A DNA stretch of 64,000 bases from the human T2T-CHM13v2.0 reference genome, Homo sapiens, in assembly GCF_009914755.1 (NCBI RefSeq), contig NC_060932.1, one strand, 5' to 3'. Each line of letters opens with the position of its first letter. Position 1 is the first letter of the stretch. Under the pieces are notes generated by a model. That model searched no databases, was not told the DNA's origin, and saw nothing but the letters and a program-made list of their open reading frames with translations. Shown here piece after piece: positions 56,114 to 64,000 of this stretch. Made by a program: the position numbers and the translations under genes.

Positions 56114-57484
56114 TTGGAAAGAGGTTGTGGTCAGGTCATGTTTAGGCTGCCAAGAATTCTTTCTTTCACAGTAACATTTCTTATGAGATGGAATAGTATG
56201 TAGTATTACTTCCATGAGATGGAAGTAACATAATCCTTACTTCCTTTCAGCCAAAAAGAATGAGCGACTGTATCTACCCTGCCTCATGGGCACACTGCTT
56301 CCTACAAATATGGCATGATTATTAGTTTATCATTTAGCTTTGCCTTCCTTGCTTCTCCTTGGTGCTATTCTGATCATCAGAGCTTATTCTAAATCAGGAA
56401 TTATTGGTTTTTCCCACTAGTATATATCGCCTACTTTGCAGTCTGTGCTTTGCCACTTTTGCTGAGATTTGCCACACAGGCATTCTCTTGCAGCATCTTC
56501 CTGCACCCTCTTTGACACTCACTGCCTTTGGCTGCTCCTCCTCATATTTTGTATGTTGGGGCTCACATATGTCTTCTAGTTTCATCAAAGATGTGGTTTG
56601 ATTTGTGTTTTCTTTTATCTTTGTTTTGGGGTGGTTTCTAAGAGAAGAAGGGGGTAGTGCCAGCTTTATTATGTCATTTTAAAATCAGAAATTTCCTCTA
56701 ACTTAAAAAATTCTCAGTTGTCACTCATTATTTTTAAACCTATGCTAAGTCCAGGAAAGCTAATGTAACTTGATTCGGGAGTTACTAGTCTATGAAATGT
56801 GCAATTTTTGCAAAATATGAAATTTGCAATTTTTGCAGTTAAAAAATCCTAGAAGATCAGCAATTTCATGTGGCCCAAATGAATATGCTAAGAGTCTGTT
56901 CATCGTGGAAAACACTTAGTGCATTTTCTGCTAAATACGAAGGCATGGGAACTTCTTCTGACAGTTGCTGTTGACCACAGCCCTCTCTGTCTCGCCTTGG
57001 TACTATGCCATGAGGGGCCCAGGCACACTGATGCATGACATTCTGACTGGCATTATGGCCTCATATTTGAAAGTCTAGACCTGGCTCTCTTTGGCATGAA
57101 GCACAGAGTAGGGTAAAAATTCTGTTTTTTTTTTAAATGCTAAGCAACTAAATTGATACTATAGTTTGTATTTTCTTTATTTCAAGACCAACCATAACAT
57201 ATTGTATAGAGAGCATGTAAATTATTTGCTTCCAAACGGCAGCATTCCCTACATGAGAATGTAATCCTTACTAGAAATAGTTAAATAACAAACCCTAGAA
57301 TACTGCGTTTGAGTCTGGGAGTGACAGGTAGACTTTTCATGGTGTTATCCAAGAAATAATAATACAGTAAATGACTTCTATGTGATTGTTTGATTTTTTT
57401 TGGCTAGCATTCTATCATTCTGGTTCTCATTCTAAGAGCCAGAGTGTGTTGTTTCATTGTCCCTGTGTTTGTTATATCGGGGGT

Positions 57485-58150
57485 GTAGCAATTGTGATCC
57501 ATGTTCCACTGGCCTCACTGTTCCTGAAAAGGCAACTGCTTCTTACTGCAAGTACCTGCAGCTCTCTGTGGATGGCTACAGGAACATACTTGGCCCATGC
57601 ACAGGGCAGGCAAGTAGTGCTGGAGAGTTAACACTCCTAGGAGCAGTCCTGGATCAGGGATAGATGGGAACTGGTGGATAAATAGCCCAGCTTTCCTGAG
57701 CCACAGCTGGGAACACCCAGTTCTATGAAGTTTCCCAGAGTTCCCCAGTGGGATTGAGCCCCACTTGTTCACAGTGATAGTCAGCTCACTGACACACTTA
57801 TTTTAGTTTCCTTTCTTTCTCTGTCTAGTATGAGGGGTGTCCCAATCTCTTGGCTTCCCTGAGCCACATTGCAAGAAGAATTGTCTTGGGCCACACATAA
57901 AATACACTAATGTTAATGATAGCTGATGAACTAAAAAAAGAAAAAAATCACAAAAAAATCTAATAATGTTTTAAGACAGTTTACAAATTTGCATTGGGCC
58001 ACATTCAAAGCTGTTCCGGGCTGCAGGTTGGATAAGCTCAGTCTAGTTTCTTCCTCCCTTATGAGGCTTTCTGGGATCACTTCCCAAATAAGGTTCTTCT
58101 ACCCAATCCATGTATCAGGCTATCCTTCCAGGAGACCGTAATGTAAGGCA
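57485..58150 (+). mobile_element. ERVL 5' LTR (LTR16B-like) split by MER30
   Basis: GAGTTCCCCAGTGGGATTGAGCCCCA...CTGGGATCACTTCCCAAATAA; followed by PBS-like GCTGGTATCAGGAG. Confidence 0.7.
57832..58040. mobile_element. MER30 (hAT-Charlie MITE)
   Basis: AGGGGTGTCCCAATCT...GAAGAATTGTCTTGGGCCACACATAAAATACACTAA; TCTAGT duplicated on both flanks. Confidence 0.9.
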
Positions 58151-58267
58151 GCTGGTATCAGGAGAGGTCCTAGTGGGCAGATCCTTAGGATCAGATCCTA
58201 ATGTTGGGTCATCCTCTGGCTGGCCAGTGGGCAACAAGGGCTTCATTGCTGGGGTTCATGTGGCACT

Positions 58268-58608
58268 TGTGGAGTCCTGATAAGATAAGTAAGCGACAAC
58301 CAGGGAGAAGCCCCAGGTGGTGGAGAAAAATTATTGTGAAAAATGGCTAACTATAAACAACCTGGCTGCACAACATTCTGTTCCCACATACCTCTTTCCA
58401 CATGTAGCCCCTCCAGCATAGCCATATAAAACTTCCCTCCAGCCCCTGTCTCTTTGCAGATAGCATCTTCTCTGCTGTGCTGCCCATTGCATTCTTGCAA
58501 TGTATCTTTGTACTTTCTCTAATAAATCTGCCTTTCTTTACCTACAACTGTCTTGGTAAATTCTTTTACCACTTGTGTCACCAGCCCTAGCCAGTCACAC
58601 CTGCAACA
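58268..58608 (+). mobile_element. Solo LTR (LTR47-like)
   Basis: TG...CA termini, TATAAAA at ~58425, AATAAA at 58521, 5-bp TSD GCACT/GTACT; family name from memory. Confidence 0.8.
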
Positions 58609-59139
58609 GTACTGATAGCCCTTGGTGTCTTATAGCTCAAACGTATTAAAACTGTTACCTGGGGTGGATTGGGTAGAGTGCAGAGAGAAGGGGAGGCATA
58701 GGCTTATCTAATAGTTCTAGTGCTTGAAAGATGTGGTCCATGGTGATTAATGGGCTGTAGAACAGTTGGCTGGTGTTAATGGCCGTAGAAACCCTGAAGG
58801 AAGAAAATGACATGCCGAGACTAGCCAACTATCAACTCAGGGCACAGCGTAAAAACTAGAAGGCCTTTAAGGCAGCAGTTTTGGTGTGTCCTGATGTCCT
58901 GAAGCAAGAGGGCAGGCTGTGCTGAAAATCAGGCAAAAGTTTTGGTTGTAAGTGTGATAAAGTAACAAAGGAGGCTGAACCAACAATCCTAGAAAGTCTC
59001 CTGTGCTAAAATAAAGGCCCTGGTAAGGAAAGGGTCAAACACTAAGATATGGGATGAGGGTATTTGGATATAAGCCCCAAGGTCCCCCTAACTGCTCTGG
59101 GCTTGCAGAAATGGAAAAGAGCAGCCTCCTATTGATCAA

Positions 59140-59594
59140 TGTATTCGTTTCCTAGAGCTGCTGTCACAAGTTATCACAAAGTGCATGGCTTAAAACAACA
59201 GAAATGTATTCTTTCATAGTTCTGGAAGCAAGAAGTCTGAAATTAAGGTGTTGGCAGTGTTGGTTCCTTCTTGGAGGCTCTGAGGGAGAATATGTTCCTT
59301 GCCTCTCTCTCTCCCAGCTTCTGGTGCCAGTACCCCTTGGCATCCCTTGGCTTGTAGGTGCCTCACTCCATTCTTTGCTTCTGTCTTCACATGGCGTTTT
59401 CCCCTGTGTCCATGTGTCTTCTACACTTCTTCTAAGGACACTAGTCCTATCGGATTAAGGCTCACTCTAGTCCAGTATGACCTCATTTAAGTTGATCACC
59501 TCTACAAAAACCTTATTTCCAAAAAAGGTCACATTCACAGATATTGGTAGTTAGGGCTTTATACTTTCGAGGGGATACGATTCAACCTACACCA
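59140..59594 (-). mobile_element. MLT1C-like LTR
   Basis: TGTATTCGTTTCCTAGAGCTGCTG...GGCTTAAAACAACAGAAATGTATT...TTATTTCCAAA. Confidence 0.85.
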
Positions 59595-62500
59595 TCTGGA
59601 GACCATGTAAATGGAGGCTCCACAATATGGTATTCATCTTTCTCAAGATCTGCCCCCTGTCATTTTTTCTAAACCAATGACTAGGATCATGTTCCAGCAT
59701 GGCCCAAGGGGGGACACTTTCCCTATCATGAAAAGAAAAGGATTATTCATCAAAAGAACTACAGGATAGGGCTCATATAACCAGCAAGAACAGGAAGAGT
59801 AATACTGGAAATTGATCTTGAGAATTTGGATCAAGGAAGGCAGAATATAAAAATAATAGGATAGTGTTTGATATGGGGCAGAATTTTATATATTGGCAAG
59901 GACACTCAGAGCCATTCCTCATATGCTGATGGGATGGCCCCTTGAAGCTTGGAAACAACAGTGGCATCCAGTGAATGAGGTAGACATGCTAGAATTGCCT
60001 TGGCAGATTTTAAAGAAAGGGGTCAAAGGCTTAGAAAGCTGGTTCTGTTAGAATCAGAACTGTGATGTGGACATAGACCTTGATAATTAAAGAATAAAAC
60101 AATCTGGTTAGAATTGATCACAGACATTTCTCTTTATTTCACTAAAACTTTCTTCAATTCATTATTGCAAAGAGTTAGAATCAATGTCCAATACAAATTA
60201 TAATTAAAGCTGTACGTATTTAAAACTCTACTTATCGAAGTAGGGCAACTACCTTCTGCCCTGTCTGCTCTTATTGGTGGAGTCTATGTCATAACACTGA
60301 AATTCTCTAACTGTTTCTAGAAGGCTTGGAGTCAGGAGTTTTGCAAAGTTCTTTAGCTGCCTTATCACCTGAAGTTTAAGAAGTTCTCTCTTAGCTACTA
60401 CCTTGGGATCCAGAGAGATATATCCACTTGTGTACCACGGATTCTCAGGGGAGACTCTTTGGCAGAAGCTGCCTGGTAAATCAAGTGGTCAGCTCCTTGG
60501 GCTTACAGCCATGAATTTCATTTTCCATGTACACAAGTTTCCCTGCATTTTCTAATGCCTTTTATCTTCCTCCTAAACCTTGAGTTGAAAGCAGCTGCTT
60601 AGCTTTCACCACATATGCAGATGCATTTATTAAAAACTTAGTTATATTCTGATCTCTATTAAATATTGGATTTGTAACTCACTGCAGAATTCTGCAGGAA
60701 TAAATGAACTGAAATTATATTCTTCCTTTCAACGGTGACATGGAATCTTCAGTTACAGTATGTGAGGTGGGTAGTTGTGGAAGCAAAAACAAGCTCCTAC
60801 TGTGAGAGCAAGAAAGATGCTGCCTGTATTACAACTGAGCCACCTGGCCTGGGAAATACAGTGACAACTTAATTGAACAATTGGTTCTGCAACTGGTGGA
60901 CTTTTACATTTTCTGAACAAGACCATCAATTACCATAAAAACAGAACATAGCATGTTTCTTGCAGTTGAAGCAATACATAACAATTAAGGGATGGAATCT
61001 ATTGTGTATAGAACCCCCCCCCCAAAAAAGATGAAACCCAAATTCTGACTGAGTCTGTGGAAATTCAGTTCATTTTCTTACCAGAATCCTTCTTGTGAAA
61101 ACTGATCAGAGCTTACCTTGCTGCTTTTCTGTGCCACTTATGGAATTTGAGGTGATGACTTTGGCCCTGACATCCTCTTGCCAAATTCTCCCTTGTTCTA
61201 CTTGCCACACCTATTTTTGGCTAGCCTCTGAGATATCCCACCTGGAGGCTGCTAACCAAAGCTACAGGCAAGATGTTGCCTACAGATCTGGCATGATGTG
61301 GAGGTGGATGAGCAGATTATGCAGCAGGCAATGCATGGAGAGACTGACAACAACAGCAAATTCCAAGTGTTTCTAAGTCATCATCTGGGCTCAACTAGCA
61401 TGTAGCACATAATTCACCAATCACCTACAATTTATATTAGATGCACATAGTTTAGATTAAAAAGAAGCAGGCTGAGTGAGATGGCCAAATAGGAACAGCT
61501 CCAGTCTGCAGCTCTTAGCGAGATCAATGCAGAAGGCAGGTGATTTCTGCATTTCCTACTGAGGTACCTGGCTGATCTCATTGGGACTGGTTAGACAGTG
61601 GGTGCAGCCCATGGAGGGCAAGCTGAAGCAGGGTGGGGCATCACCTCATCCAGGAAGTGCAAGGGGTCAAGGAACTTCCTCCCCTAGCCAAGGGAAGCTG
61701 TGAGGGACTGTGCCGTGAGAAACAGTGCACTCCAGCCCAGATACTACGTTTTCTCACGGTCTTCACAACCCATAGACCAGGAGATTCCTTCAGGTGCCTA
61801 CACCACCAGGGCCCTGGGTTTCAAGCACAAAACTGGTGGCTGTTTGGACAGACACTGAGCTAGCTGCAGGAGTTTTTTTTTCATACCCTAGTGGCTCTTG
61901 GAATGCCAGTGAGACAGAACCATTCACTCCCCTGGAAAGGGGGCTGAAGCCAGGGAGTCAAGTGGTCTAGCTCAGCAGATCCCATCCCCACAGAACCCAG
62001 CAAGCTAAGATCCACTGGCTTGCCATTCTCGCTGCCAGCACAGCAGCCTGAGCTTGATCTAGGACTATCGAGCTTGGTAGTGGGAGGAGCGTCCACCACA
62101 ACTGAGGCTTGAATAGACTGTTTTCCCCTCACAGTGTAAACAAAGCTGCATGGAAGTTTGAACTGGGTGGAGCCCACCACAGCTTGGCAAAGCTGCTGAA
62201 GCCAAACTGCCTCTCTAGATTCCTCCTCTCTGGGCAGGGCATCTCCGAAAGAAAGGCAGCAGCCCTAGTCAGGGGCTTATAGATAAAACTCCCATTTCCC
62301 TGGGACAGAACACCTGGGGGAAAGGGCGGCTGTGGTCGCAGCTTCAGCAGACTTAAATATTCCCGCCTGCTGGCTCTGAAGAGAGCAGTGAATCTCCCAG
62401 CACAGGGCTTGAGCTCTGCTAAAGGACAGACTGCCCCCTCAAGTGGGTCCCTGACCCCCATTCCTCCTAACGGGGAGACATTTCCAAGCAGGGATCGACA

Positions 62501-62807
62501 GACACTTCACACAGGAGAGCTCTGGCTGTCATCTGGTGAGTGGCTATCTGGGACAAAGCTTTCAGAGGAAGGAACAGGCATCAATCTTTGCTGTTCTGCA
62601 GCCTCCACTGGTGATACCCAGGCAAACAGGGTCTGGAGTGGACCTCCAGCAAACTCCAGCAGACCTGCAGCACAGGGGCCTGACTGTTAGAAGGAAAACT
62701 AACAAAAAGAAACAAATAGCATCAACATTAACAAAAAGGACATCCACACAAAAACCCCATCTGAAGGTCACCAACATCAAAGACCAAAAGTAGATAAATC
62801 CATGAAG

Positions 62808-63831
62808 ATGAGGAAAAACTAGCGCAAAAAGACTGAATATTCCAAAAACCAGAATGGCTCTTCTCCTCCAAAGGATCACAACTCTTTGCCAGCAGGGGAA
62901 CAAAACTAGACGGAGAACGAGTTTGATGAATTGACAGAAGTAGCCTTCAGAATGTGGGTAATAACAAACTCTTCTGAGCTAAAGGAGTAGGTTCTAACCC
63001 AATGCAAGGAAGCTAAGAAACTTGAAAAAAGGTTAGAGGAATTGCTAACTAGAATAACCAGTTTAGAGAAGAACATAAATGACCTGGTGGAGCTGAAAAA
63101 CACAGCATGAGAACTAGGTGAAGCATACACAAGTATCAATAGCTGAATCGATCAAGCAGAAGAAAGGATATCCAAGATTGAAGATCAACTTAATGAAATA
63201 AAGTGTGAAGACAAGATTAGAGAAAAAACAATGAAAAGGAACAAACAGAGCCTCCAAGAAATATGGGGCTATGTGAAAAGACCAAACCTACATTTGACTG
63301 GTGTACGTGAAAGTGATGGGGAGAATGGAACCAAGCTGGAAAACACTCTTCAGGATATTATCCAGGAGAACTTCCCCAACCTAGCAAGGCAGACCAACAT
63401 TCAAATTCAGGAAATACAGAGAACACCACAAAGATACTCCTCGAGAAGAACACCTCCAAGACACATAATCATCAGATTCACCAAGGTTGAAATGAAGGAA
63501 AAATGTTAAGGGCAGCCAGAGAGAAAGGCCAGGTTACCCAAAAGGGAAGCCCATCAGACTAACAGCAGGTCTCTCTGCAGAAACCCTCTCATCCAGAAGA
63601 GGGTGGGGGCCAATATTTGACACTCTTAAAGGAACAAATTTTCAACCCAGAATTTCGTATCCAGCCAAACTAAGCTTCATAAGTGAAGGAGAAATAAAAT
63701 CCTTTACACACAAGCAAATGCTGAGAGATTTTGTCACCACTAGGCCTGCCTTACAAGAGCTCCTGAAGGAAGCACTAAATATGGAAAGGAAAACCCAGTA
63801 CCAGCCACTGCAAAAACATACCAAAATATAA
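62808..63831 (+). pseudogene. L1 ORF1p, inactivated
   Basis: ATGAGGAAAAAC then TAG at codon 5; ORF 63231-63509 QSLQEIWGYVKRPNL...LQDIIQENFPNLARQ. Confidence 0.93.
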
Positions 63832-63891
63832 AGACCAATGAAACTATGAATAAACTGCATCAACTAATCTGCACAATAACCAGCTGGCATC

Positions 63892-64000
63892 ATGCCAGGA
63901 TCAAATTTACACATAACAATATTAACCTTAAATGTAAATAAGCTAAATGCCCCAATTAAAAGACACAGACTGGCAAACTGGATAGAGTCAAGACCCATAG
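63892..64000 (+). pseudogene. L1 ORF2p endonuclease N-terminus (partial)
   Basis: MPGSNLHITILTLNVNKLNAPIKRHRLANWI. Confidence 0.88.

Larger units (their letters stand above)
58151..60060 (+). pseudogene. Decayed ERVL leader and gag, split by two LTR insertions
   Basis: LEAWKQQWHPVNEVDMLELPWQ at 59941-60006 resembles ERVL Gag; stops and frameshifts. Confidence 0.7.
61470..64000 (+). mobile_element. L1PA (about PA7/PA8) 5' UTR, ORF1 and start of ORF2; runs off the window
   Basis: GATGGCCAAATAGGAACAGCTCCAGTCTGCAGCTC 5' end with YY1-like site; ~1.3-kb CpG-decayed UTR. Confidence 0.93.

Noticed and set aside
56791-56837. 22-bp direct repeat with 25-bp period; similar small duplications near 7620-7654 and 38161-38181
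   Set aside because: Ordinary two-copy slippage duplications, not arrays; the first probably lies in a small mariner-type MITE.

Overview
Primate (human-like) non-coding genomic DNA, intronic or intergenic, and mostly interspersed repeats. It holds about 27 Alu copies or fragments, many L2 and MIR relics, MaLR/ERVL/ERV1 LTRs, two decayed ERVL internal regions, Tigger/MER DNA-transposon fossils and the 5' 2.5 kb of a dead L1PA at the right edge. I found no intact protein-coding gene, structural RNA gene or CRISPR array, and I cannot name the locus. The ORF track is explained by repeats, microsatellites and chance. Repeat subfamily names come from recalled consensus sequences and need RepeatMasker/Dfam confirmation. 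The most unusual signals are rearrangement and retroposition scars readable in the sequence: (1) an Alu plus ERV1-LTR chimera that ends at the LTR poly(A) signal and sits inside one 15-bp target-site duplication in Tigger1 (37172-38000); (2) a tailless 134-bp copy of sequence 1.37 kb downstream, inserted with a 16-18-bp duplication (49489-49656); (3) a ~440-bp inversion through a MER2 with a 40-bp inverted duplication at its breakpoints (9245-9804); (4) a (TTCC)n tract replacing part of an Alu body (23537-23670).
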